The notes under the pieces are model-generated. The model was given only the letters and a program-made list of their open reading frames with translations, was not told where the DNA came from and did not search any database. From Marsupella aquatica (Eukaryota; Plantae; Marchantiophyta), in assembly GCA_973895155.1 (NCBI GenBank), contig OZ316895.1, positions 11,699,819 to 11,763,818 on the forward strand: a DNA stretch of 64,000 nt, written 5' to 3'. The position numbers and the translations under genes are program-made. Of this stretch, positions 14,265 through 25,900 are shown piece after piece. Each line of letters opens with the position of its first letter. The stretch's first letter is position 1.

Positions 14265-14900
14265 TGTGCCATGACATCTTATTCTAGATAACATTTTTTG
14301 CATAATAAGATATTTTTAGCAAACAAATATTTTACTCAATGATATATTTTGCACTATGATATTTTTACAAAGAACATCTTTAGTGTAATGTCATCTATTC
14401 CCACATCTATTATGCATTTACATCTTTTGCCAAACGATATATATTATTACTTAGACATCTTTTGCTCAATGATGTCTTTTACTTAACCATCTTTTGAGCA
14501 ACAACATATTTTATTATATACATTTTTTGTACAACATCTTTTACTTAACAACATCTTTAACTAGCAAGATTTTTTTACTTGACAACATCTTGGACATAAC
14601 AACATTATTGGCATCACAACATCTTTTTATTTGATGACATATTTATTACTTTACAACATCTTTGGTAACAAACCTTCTTTTATTTTACAATATCTTTGAC
14701 ATCATGACATCTTTCACACAACGAAATATTTTTACTTGACTACATCTTTGGTGACACAACTTCTTTTTTCTGAATGACAGCTTTTTACTTCACTACATTT
14801 TTGGCGAGAAGACCTAATTTTTCCTGACTACATCTTTTACATAACAACATCTTTGGTGACGTACACAACTTCTTTGTTCTTAATGACATCTTTTGTGTAA
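14265..14900. repeat. AT-rich degenerate minisatellite (~18-22-bp units, core ACAACATCTTT(T/G))
   Basis: Many variants of GACATCTT/AACATCTTT/TACTTGAC repeated through the interval. Confidence 0.8.
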
Positions 14901-16405
14901 CTTACGGGTATTGAGCTAGTTTTCAATAAAAGTTAAGTCACCCACAGCATTGTAGCCAAGTAGATAAGTTAGTTTGTAAGAAGACCCTACTCAAACCATC
15001 CCTGTACTCACCCTTGTACCTTCTTAAAACGCTCCAATCATCTACTCTAGATGAATTCAAATTTGTTTTCCAAGTGGCACTTGCTATTTTCATTGAAAAT
15101 CCACTTCATGAGGACCAAGATTTACTCTCTCCAAACCTGAACTTGTACTTCTCTCTTTCGGTGAACTTTTACTAACATCTCAGTTTTTTATTATCAAACA
15201 CAAACAAGAATTGCCACTCATCAACTAGGATGAATGAATTGCAAAAGCAGAGGAACAGGAGACAAACAAGGAATTTGAGATTGTTTTTCTTTTCTTGAAT
15301 TCTCAAAGGGGACACTGCCTTGATCAAAGCTGTAAAAACTGGCTTGCAGCAGGGAAAACCTCTAGTTTGTAATTTTGTAATCTTTTATATAATTCTTTTA
15401 TAAAATACCACCCGTGTCTTCACTTAACACATTCAATTTTGTCTTCACTTAACGCATTCAATTTGCACCATTCAATTTGCACGCGACTGTGCGAAACAGG
15501 TTATGGGCGACCAAAGACAAACAAGAGTAGAACCCTTTGATCAGGAATTCAATTTGAGATGTACTGGGCACAAATCATCCCTGGTACCTGAGTTAGACCA
15601 CCAGACCCCACTTAGATTGTCAGGAATTAATTGAGAATGTAATTGAATGAAGGAGACTAGATTAACTACAGGAGCTAGACCAATCAAACCATCTAATTTT
15701 GCAGTTCATAACTATGATAGAGCCATACTTCCCCTTTGAATAAGGAGCATAATGAGGATGGACAACATTAAACTAAACTGAGAATGCCAACCTTTGTTTT
15801 TCAATTGACATCCTCAATCTCGAACCTTTTTACAGTCATACACATAAAATATACGACAGAGAAATCAAAATTATGTGTGGTTACAACTAACATCACTACA
15901 CTCTTCCCCCACATCCTCCACCATGGTGGTATAACATGAACAAAAAGTGGATAAGTTTGTGGGGAACAATAAATAATGTAATAATGACAAATACATTTAT
16001 ATTCCATTTGTAACAAGGAGGAGACACTCTTGAAAGTTCTTGACCATGTTACAAAGACTAATTTCATATACAAAGACCAAAGCTTGTATTGAGGCTAATA
16101 AATATTGTGGGCAAGTGACAAAGCTTGGGGCAGTTCGTGTTCCATGGGTCCCGTCTGACTTGTGTATTGGGTAAAGTTCTTCCTCAAAGCAAACATTCCA
16201 GGAGGCAAGCACGGTGCAGCCCATAAGCTCTTGGTTGGGAGCCAAGGTTGACTCCTGCAAGTACACTTTGTAACACTCACGCAACTGAAGCAAGGTACAT
16301 TGAAAAAGCTAATTATAATTTGAAAAAAGGTCTCTAGGGAAAAAGGTGTGCAACTTGGAGTACAAATGTAGGCTCAAAGCTCAATAATGGTAGTCAAGCC
16401 CTATT

Positions 16406-17571
16406 GTCCTCACTTATTTTCTTTCAACCCATCACTCACTAATAAGTATAGGGGTCTTTTCATTGGATTAAGTGGAAGACTCAAAAAACATATGAAAGAA
16501 CATTAGGGAATTATAAGCAACTATAAGGGATGAGTATTTAAACCAAATCCCTAATGTTCTTTCATATGTTTTTTGAGTCTTCCACTTAATCCAATGAAAA
16601 GACCCCTATACTTATTAGTGAGACTCAAAAAACATATGAAAGAACTATAAGGGATTAGGGATTTGGTTTAAATAACATCGTCTAGTTGCTTATAATTCTC
16701 ATATGAAAGAACATATGAAAGAACATTAGGGAGAATTATAAGCAACTAGACGATGTTATTTAAACCAAATCTAGAAATATTTAGAATACTCCATAAAGTA
16801 CGTATAGAAAATAGTATCAACAACTTTTTCTTAGTTTTTAGCATGTTTATTACTCAAAATTTTTGCATGTGATATCATAAGCCCCTTAGAGTGGGTCCCC
16901 AAAGCTAAGGGCCCTCAATCCAAGGGGTGTCCCATATCACGCGCAAAGTTTTGGGGGAATAAACACCCTAAAACTTAGGTCAATTAAGTTGTTTTTAAGA
17001 ATTTGTTGTTAGGATATATCTCTAGTATAACCTATATACTTCCATAGTACTAGATAGACTTCAGTAAACTAGGATAACACTAGTTTGAGTTTGAGGTTCC
17101 CATGGACCATGGGAGGGGGTATACTCAAGGGGAACACAAACTTGTGCTCACACTTGAAGGTTCACTCTAGAGTAGAGAGAGTGAGAGAGTGAGAGGAGGA
17201 GCTCTAGCACATTGGCTATGCCGGGTGTAACCCTTTTGCATTACTAGATTTCTACGAGGCTTGTGGACATAAACCAAACGGGGTGAACCACGTACTTTTA
17301 GTGTCGGAGTATGGATGAATGTTCACACATGTTGATGCTGTCTCATACGGTCTAGATTTATTTCCCAACATTTTTACCCTTGACTTAAGGAAATATTCTT
17401 GGAATATTACCAAATTTGGTTTTTACAAACCCTATGATTCTGATAATTCTCAAAATTGGATTAAAATAACCCTAATGTTCTTCAACAAAAATTTAAATGT
17501 CTTTTACTAAACCCAATAAAACCCCCTATACTTATTCGCCTATGATGGGTTGGAAAAAAAGAAGTGAGGAC
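16406..17571. mobile_element. Non-autonomous foldback/Mutator-like element with long inverted arms
   Basis: Left end GTCCTCACTTATTTTCTTTCAACCCATCA..AATAAGTATAGGGG mirrors right end CCCCTATACTTATT..TGATGGGTTGGAAAAAAAGAAGTGAGGAC. Imperfect inverted symmetry continues inward to a centre near 16900 (16833-16875 vs 16934-16975). No clean TSD seen. Confidence 0.7.
17007..17370 (+). mobile_element. Solo LTR (Copia-like) inserted in the foldback element
   Basis: Termini TGTTAGGA...TCCCAACA (7/8 inverted), flanks TTTGT/TTTTT (4/5 TSD), internal GTGGAC..GGTGAACCACGTA motif shared with the LTR at 51478. It interrupts the symmetry of the host element. Confidence 0.7.
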
Positions 17572-20079
17572 CCCTGGCCCCCAAGAGTAATGCTTAGTTG
17601 GCATTTAGACTAAGTACTATAGAAATGAGGGACTTTTAATATGTATTACAAAGGAGAATGAAAGAAGTTGCACAATATTTCGAATCTCAAGTAAGAGCTC
17701 AAGCTCCCGCTTAAGCAAGGTGTGTGAAATTGTGGTGCCAGTTTTTGTATTCAAAACTAAGACATGATGTCATACTCGGAGAGATCTTTAGTGACTTCCA
17801 TACTAAAGAAATCTGTTCCTTTTCAAAAGGTTAATTTCTTGGAAGCTAGCTCAATGTGAGCGATGGGCGGAGCTGTGCAAGCTCATGTGGGTGACTAGGC
17901 GGTTTGGGCTCAGCCTGGCCATTTTGTGGGGGATCTTAGTTTGTCAAATTTCTGTGGGGTGAACATCGTTGTGAAGGGCGTGCAGAGATATTTGGTATGA
18001 ACTAAGATGCAAGGACAACAAGTGATGTTGAGTGGGAATGTTGTCGAGCATAAGTGAGATGGCCAGGGATTCGGATGCTATGGGGAGCTGGCCTGGTATT
18101 TGGATTTCAAGGAGTGTGCAGGGTGGGAGAGTGATCAGCGGGTTGGGTGTCCATCTTATGGTTAGGAAAATATGTCATAATCCAATGGCCGTGGAGACTT
18201 CCTACCAGACTGAAATCTTAATTGTAGACAGACCATGAGAAATGAATGAATACAATTTATTGCATATTATATTATCAAAGATATTATTTAGTGGCTTCGC
18301 TTGGGCTCTTTGCATGTTGGGGTGTTGCCTGACTGTGTACTTTGTGTCTTGTGGGTGTCCTTGGTCCATGGGATGCACCCAAAATTAATATAAAGTCAAA
18401 AATTGAACATCACTAGTGACTTTGGTGAGTAACTAAGATGTTACAGCTATGGTGATAGCTTCGGAAATAATCTTCCCATCCTTGTTTTTGTTCACCCTCA
18501 TTTTAGTTTTGTCTTTATTTAAAATCAATATCAATTTTGTCTATCCTCAATTAAAGTTTTTTAATTGAGACTTATGATCACTTTTGTCTGAGTGTGTTAA
18601 GGGTTACGGTCTAGAGGCTTCACTCTGGACCCTAGGCCCCTTTAGAGTAGACTTTATTTGTGCTTTTATAGTAAAATGGTGGTTTGTGGGAGCAAGAGGT
18701 TATATGTTTTCCTCTAAGTTTGTGCACGTTGCTTGAAAGAAAAAGTGACCTTGTACAGTAGATCACAAAAAGGCTCATTGGCAAGATGATGTAGCAGTGG
18801 GTGCATGTATCCCACTTGTCGAGTGCAAATAAAGTTTCTGATCTCAAAAATAAAAAATGAAGTAGTAAGAATAGAATTTGAATTCGAAACATGGAAGAAT
18901 TTAACAAATGCAAACTTTAATGCATTATTTCCCTGGTTGAGCAAGATGTCAAGAGTTTGTGTAACTTATTCTGTAATCTCTCTATTGTTGGAATAATTAG
19001 GTTTAATTGATAGAAATTGATGAATTTAAACTCTGAGTTACTGTGTTTTTTGGCAATTAGAAAAAATATTAGAATCCAGATTTTCAAAATATTTTAACCA
19101 TTTTGATATGGAGACTGATTTCTCAATGTACACGGGTGTTGAAAGTTAAAAAATGAAATCTAGAGACTCTTTGTTTGTTGGGTTGGGTCTGAAAGCAATA
19201 TTTTAGAAACGTTTTGCGCAAGCTTTGTGTGAACTGTGAAACTGTGAGACGAGGTGTTGTAAGTGGCAGAGTAGCCTTGCTGCTACGATCCACTGAGATT
19301 TGGTCTCTGTCCCAACGATTTGTCCTAAAAATATTTAAAAATAAAAAATTAGATTATCAAGGTCAACCTGGATCTTTATAGCCCTCACGATCCCTTCCCT
19401 GGTTCCAGCCTAGCACAACAGGGATTGGCAACATAGATGGGTGCTGATGAAGATACTTTCCATGATCCCTTGATAGAGAAGAGCATTTACGCTTTGACTT
19501 AGTTTAGGCACCCACCTCCTGCCCATAGCCAAAAGAACCAATTCCTAGGACCAGGCCAACACCACAACTAAAGCATACACAAAGCAATTCTACATGCATG
19601 TTGAGGAAATTGGCTTTGGGTGAGTGGTGGATGTATCTTCTGAAGCTTTGACAAGAAAGCCAAAATGGTGATGGGTAGTACATAGCCATTGGCCTGCCCC
19701 AGCCACGCCATGGACTTGTGCAGGTGTTGGAGGCCATCTTCTAAGATTTGTCTTTTCTAAGACAGTGGCAGCACATACCTGTCTTTTCATGCTCTTCCAT
19801 AGTCCTTGTTGACCATGTACTACAATTGTTTTTGGGGTACTAGATGTCACCATGATGCCTTCCCAAACTGAGTGGTGTCATGTTAGTTTTGGGTGTTTGC
19901 CAGCTATAATCCAGAAATGAGGATAGAAGAACAAGGGAAGGGCAAGGAGGGGAAGCAGAGGGGAATGTTCCATGAATAGTCAAACAAGCTATTTTCCAAT
20001 AGCCCTTTGTTACTTCGGAGCAATCCTGAAATTAATTTGTACTCAAGAGTGGATGGGCAACAGAGCCTTCCACTGAGGT

Positions 20080-21270
20080 TTTGATGCCCTCAACTCTTTA
20101 AGGGCTAACGGAATAGAATAGTGCCCAAAAGAAGAGCAGAAAGTCAAACAAGGGCAAAAAAGGGAAGTGGAAGGATATATTTTTACCTTGTTTTCTTCCC
20201 TCTGTTGGGGCTTATGTATATACATATCACTGCCACAAAAAACAAGGGTCAAACTGGGAGACAGGATCCCAACACAGGAGATCCAATCCCAATAAAGGGG
20301 AGAAAACAAAAGAAAAAGCCCAGGAGAACCAAAGTCCCATATAGAGCCCGCCCGCCACCAACCCAACAGGAAACAAAAGCCCTAGTGAGCAAAGGAGAAC
20401 CTAAGAGCACAAGGGAGAAAATGGGCTGAGGAGAGTGGCAGGGCAAAACTGGAAAGGCAAAATAATAGGGGCATGAGAGCAATAAAAGGGCCAAGGAAGG
20501 ACAGAGGGAGGGAAGAGAGCAAACAACTAGGGTAAGGTATACATTATTGGATCACTTCCACAAAACAAAATGCTCCAAACTAGGAGACAAGATCCCAAAA
20601 GCACGATATCCTATTTCAATAAGGGGAAAAAACATTAGAAGAACCCCAGAAAACCAAAGCCCCCGCGACAGCAAACTAAAGCCCTAGTGAGCACATGGGA
20701 AGAGAATAAGGGAGAGAGGGGGTGGAAATGGGAAGGCCAAACAACAGGGGCATGAGAGCAAGGGAAGGGCAAAGGAAGGACAGAGGGAGGGCAGCGACCG
20801 GCTAGGGTAGGGTATACATTATTGGGTAGTATACATAACATTGCCATAAAACAAAATTGTGCCAAACTAGGAGATAGGAGATCCAATTTCGAAAAGGGGG
20901 AGAAAACAATAGGAGAGAACAGGGTATACATTATTGGGTAGTATACATATCATTGCCATAAACCAAAATGCCCCAAACTAGGCATATCATTAAAACAAAA
21001 TGTGCCAAACTAGGAGACATGAAATCCAACTTCAAAAAGGGGAAGAAAGCAATATGGAGAGAACCTAGGAGATCCAATTCCAAAAAGGGGGAGAAAACAA
21101 TAGAAGAACCCATGAAGACCAAAGTCCCCACAAGAGCAAACTAAAAGCCCTACAGTAATGAGCACAAGGGAGGAAAGGGGAGGCAAGGGGCGGAAATGGG
21201 AAGGCCAAACCACAGGGGCGTGAGACAAGGGAAAGAAAGGCAAAGGAAGGAGAGACCGAGAGAGGGAGGG
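20080..21270. repeat. Purine-rich degenerate tandem array upstream of TRN1
   Basis: Recurrent blocks AAAACAAAA..GCCAAACTAGGAGA, GATCCAATT.CAAAAAGGGGGAGAAAACAA, AAAGCCCTAGTGAGCA, GGGTATACATTATTGGG in about 3-5 copies each. Confidence 0.8.
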
Positions 21271-21287
21271 AGGGAACGGCAATGGTA

Positions 21288-21314
21288 GGGGTAGGGGTAG
21301 GGGTAGGGGTAGGG
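21288..21314 (+). promoter_or_regulatory. (GGGGTA)4GGG potential G-quadruplex near the TRN1 promoter
   Basis: Four GGGG tracts and one GGG with 2-nt loops, ~100 bp upstream of the CT-rich probable leader start (~21385-21500). Confidence 0.5.
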
Positions 21315-22958
21315 CATAAGGCCAGGAAAGGGCAGAAGGGCAAGGGAGGAGCAGAAAAAGGGTAATAAGGGCGTCGTCGTCGTCGTCTCGTCCCCTCTCC
21401 TCCCCCCTCCTCTCTTCTCCTCTCCTCTGCGCTGGTGCTGTTGCGCGTTCATAAAAGCTTCATACCTGCGCAGACACTCTTTTCCCCCTTCTCCTCCTGA
21501 AAACTTGCTGCCGCTGCTGAAGCTGCTGCTGCCTCTCTGCTGCTCCGCCTCTCAGGGATCCTCCATCCCCGCCTGTACGTACTTTGTTGAACAACAACAG
21601 CACTTGTGTACCGCCGCGAGTGGGGTCTTCAGGCTTCAGCTTTTAGCCTAGACGACAACAGGTCTGGGGCTGCTGCTGGCTGTCTGCTCGGAGTGGTGGA
21701 GAGGAAAATTGGGGCACTGAAAATTCCGGTTAAGATAAATCGGTGACGAAGAAGGAGGAGAAGGAAGATCGGCGGGGGGCGGAGAGGAAGGAAGTGGATT
21801 GCGGCAGTCTCGGATTGTCTTTGTTTGGGGTGGCGTCCCAGACAGTCAGTCGTCCTGGAGCGGAATAGGGTCGTTCGGTAGATTCATATAGACTGAGAGA
21901 CAGCCGAGCCCTTCTTTCGTTTTGTGTACCGTATGTAGATTTAGTGAGATTTTCATCTCATTGTATAGCAGTGACATTCTAGAGAGGAGAGGTAGAGATA
22001 GATAGGTAGCTAGGTAGGTGCTGTAGAGAGTGAGCCACAGGTAAATAGTGCAAAGGAGAGATAGATAGATGGGCAGGTGGAGAGAGAGGAGCAGAGTGGA
22101 GTGAAGGTTTTGATCGAGGTTTCGAATCTATCGAGAGTTTCGACCTACGTACCGTAGTTTCGTAAATTTCTCAGCGTGGCTGTGGCCTCAGTTTTTGCTT
22201 TCGAGGCTAGAGACCATTGAGGTGTGGTCTCATCTGTCCACTTCTCACCGAATCTTTTCGTCGTTCCTTCAGTTTTTGTCGCATTTGTTTTTCTGTTTGT
22301 ACTGCTTCTTCCGTGCTTTCCTACTACTTTGAGAAGTGTTTCTATGTACTAATCATCATCAGTCAGTTTGCTGCTCATACTCCCCATGTAACGTACACAT
22401 CTTCCTGGGGATTTTCCTTTCTGGAAAATTTGGTAGGCAAGTTGTTCCCGACATATTCCTGCTGCTTCCAGCCCACCAGTTCACTACTGATCCCCAACTT
22501 CCGCACTCACATCCAATTCGTATGCTCAGCTCCATCGGAATGGAGTTGAGGTTTGTTTGGTGCAACTTTTCGTTTTAATCTACCTTCTTGTCCACCTGTA
22601 CTCCGCTGTATTTGTCTGCAGTTGACCGTTGGTCTCGTTTTCCTCTCCGCATGCATTGGGATCTCCTCTCCTCTCCTCTCCTCTCCTCGGTTGCATCAGT
22701 TCTGAATCCTAGATATATTTAAGCAATTCAAAGCCTCTTGATGTCTGAAATTCCTGACATCCGTGCACAATACTTTAGGATATCGGTCAGTAATCGTCAT
22801 CTTCCTCTACCCCACTCGTGAGGCAGAGTGAGATAGTTAGTGAGAGGGATTGCGGCTACTCCTGTCTTAGCATCTTGACCTGGTCAGGCGCGGGCGGCTT
22901 CAGAACCAGAAGGAAGGACGTCGCAAGGACGTTGGAGGAGGAGGAGTAGGAGGAGGAC

Positions 22959-25900
22959 ATGGCTTCATCTGTGTGGCACGCTGAAGACGCTGGAGTCAAG
23001 GAGATTTGTGGGCTGCTTCAGGAGTTTAGACAGCCGAGTGTGGATCAGACCCGCATATGGCAACAACTACAGCGTGCCAGTCAATTCCCTGACTTCAACA
23101 ATTATCTTGCCTTCATACTTTGCCGTGCCGAGGTATTTTTCCGGCGCAATTCTCATGTGCGCTTAAACTTTCAGCTTTACCGATTTTAGGGTTTCGTCGA
23201 AACAACATGTGAATCGTGAGTTTCCCTCTCAGGGGGACGATTAGGTTGTTCTCCCTGCGGACGATGTAAATCATGGCAATCTGGAAGGATTTGTCCTTGC
23301 CGATGTAGGTAGTCTGCCGCGCCTATATTACCTAACAAATTTCTAGACAGCACACTCTGGCACACTCGAACCGTATCAGTTGGGAATAATTACTTTTACG
23401 ATTGAATGATCATTTCGAACATGGCTGCATGCGAGCTAATTATTCGCAGCTTTTACAATCGACATCGTAATGCGCTCAAAGTCTTCATGGTTAGCTGTAC
23501 ACAAACTTATCCTGTTACAGACAGGAACAGTGAGGAGGCCATAATGCTTGATTTTTGTGTCATACTTTATCGCTGGAATGCTCCTTTTGCGTTGTCCTCC
23601 TGTTTCTTTGAAACGCTAGGTCAGTGCGTGCTTTGCCCCTGAATGCTCGGGTATATTGCGCCGGTAGCTTTCATGTTAGCGTCGTTATTGTCGGATTGGA
23701 TAGGCAGGCTTGGAGGTGGGAGCTGACAAGAAGATTTCATCGTTACTTCTCAGGGACACTCTGTTGAAGTAAGGCAAGCTGCTGGCTTGCTGTTGAAGAA
23801 TAATTTGAAGACCAACTACTCTGCTATTGCTCCTCATTATCAACACTACATCAAGGCTGAATTGCTGCCCTGTCTTGGGGCATCTGATAGAAATATCAGG
23901 GCTACAGTCGGGACTGTTATTAGTGTCGTTGTGCAACAAGTTCATGTTCAAGGCTGGCCTGAGATTTTTCAGGCAATCGCGCAGTGTTTGGACAGTAATG
24001 ACTTCAATCACATGGAGGGTGCCTTGGATGCCCTATCTAAGGTTTGCTCACTACTGCTTCCCGCTGGAATAACTGCGGTCACCGAGCACTACAGAGGGAT
24101 TGAACGAAAAGCAAATGAACGTCTCACGGCAGTGAGTTTGGTCCATAGAGGTTTTGGTGTAAATAAAATGTAGAGCCTCCTGATTTAATCCAAAATCAAC
24201 CTAAGAAGTTTGTAAGCACAACACCAGATGGTTCTTTAGAACGGGTTACTGATTGTTACCTTTCTATATTTAGAACTGTAGTAATCTTATGCTCTTTAGC
24301 TTTGGTGCTTCAAAACATTGAAAGGTGCGCAGGATTGATCTTCACAGATCTCAGGTAGATTCGTGTGTTGTTAGTCAGATGAAAATAATTTTGGTGTTGC
24401 TGTTGTGTCCGTAATTTCCTTTGTTTCTGGTCCTGGCCACGTATCAGATGGTTTCATTGGCAAGAACTATTTGAACCCCCTGAACTCTTAGGTCCATCCT
24501 GGTTGATTTAGTGGGTGTGTAAACATATGAGAACTTGATGGAACTTTGAACATGAATGTATTTATTAATTTGTGATTCTAGAAAAGACTGGATGGATCGT
24601 AACTTCCTTTTTATCGAATAATGAACTGCAGATTTGTGAAGATATGCCGGTGGAACTGGATACTGATGTTCCAGGATTATCAGATCGACCCATCAATGTA
24701 TTTTTGCCACGATTGCTACAGGTCTATTACCGTTCCATCGTCGAGGACACTTAATTGACCTGTGATTTGAAATCTAATTTGAAGGTCAATGAAATTGAAT
24801 TTGCTAAGGTTATCATTGTACCATAGGATTTAGCTCTAGGACGTTCTGATTATAACGCACTTTTGTGTAAGACTGCAGCTGCTAGAGACGGGTTAGAACA
24901 TGGTAGGTACTGAGTGTGACATTGGAATCTGTCGTTAAACTTCACTATGTCGTACTTGGCAGTTCTTCTCGTCACCGCATGTGTCTCTCCGGAAGTTGGC
25001 TCTTGGCACTGTGAACCAATTCATTGTCTCCCTGCCAACTGTAAGTCATCTGTAAATGTTGCAATACTCACGTTTCCTGTTCGACCTAATTATCGTCTGG
25101 CTTGCTTTATTCTCCTAACGATCCTGCTTTCAATTGCAGGCATTATTTGTCAACATGGATAATTTTCTTCAAGGCCTGTTCTCTTTGGCAGATGACCCTG
25201 CTCCTGAAGTTCGGAAACTGGTAATTTCCTTTGTGACCTATCTGTTGATTTTTCGTCACAGGTAGTGAACCTAGTACCAGTGTTATCAGGGGCTGTAGAA
25301 TTAGTTTAGAAATCAGGCCATTTGTTAGCATCCGTCAATTCTCTGCCCATATAAATAACTACTGCTGTAGAAACGTTTGACATCTTCAATGCCGAGGAAT
25401 ACTTTGAAAGTTTATGCTCATAAATCCATAACTCATTGTGCTGCCTGGCATTGGCAGGTATGTGCCGCCTTAGTAGAGCTGCTGGAAGTGCAGCCCAATT
25501 TTCTCCAGGTATGGATCTGTTATTGGTGTTATCAGATTCAATTCCCGTTGGTTCAAGTACACTTCACTGTGTGAATCATTTGCTTTCTACCCAAGGATGC
25601 TACTGAATTCTTTTGCCAAATGGAGATGCTGACTCCGTGGTTTGCTTCTTCTATGCAGCCCCATATAACGAATGTCATCGAGTATATGCTGCAGGCGAAT
25701 CACGACGTTGACGAGGAAGTCGCCTTGGAATCATGTGAATTTTGGTGGGGATTTGGTTCTTGTGCAATATCTATAGAGTCATTTGTTGTCGATGGTGTAT
25801 TGCATGTCAGTCTATCGACAACTTTGCTTGACGAGTTTGCTTTAAAGATGCAACCCATTTCCCCGAACTTGTAATCTGCTGTTCATGGTCCGGTTCTTTA

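Noticed and set aside
15800-16300. Possible SWIM/MULE transposase remnant on the minus strand
   Set aside because: Cys-rich fragments are present, but I could not reconstruct a convincing CxC..CxH motif.
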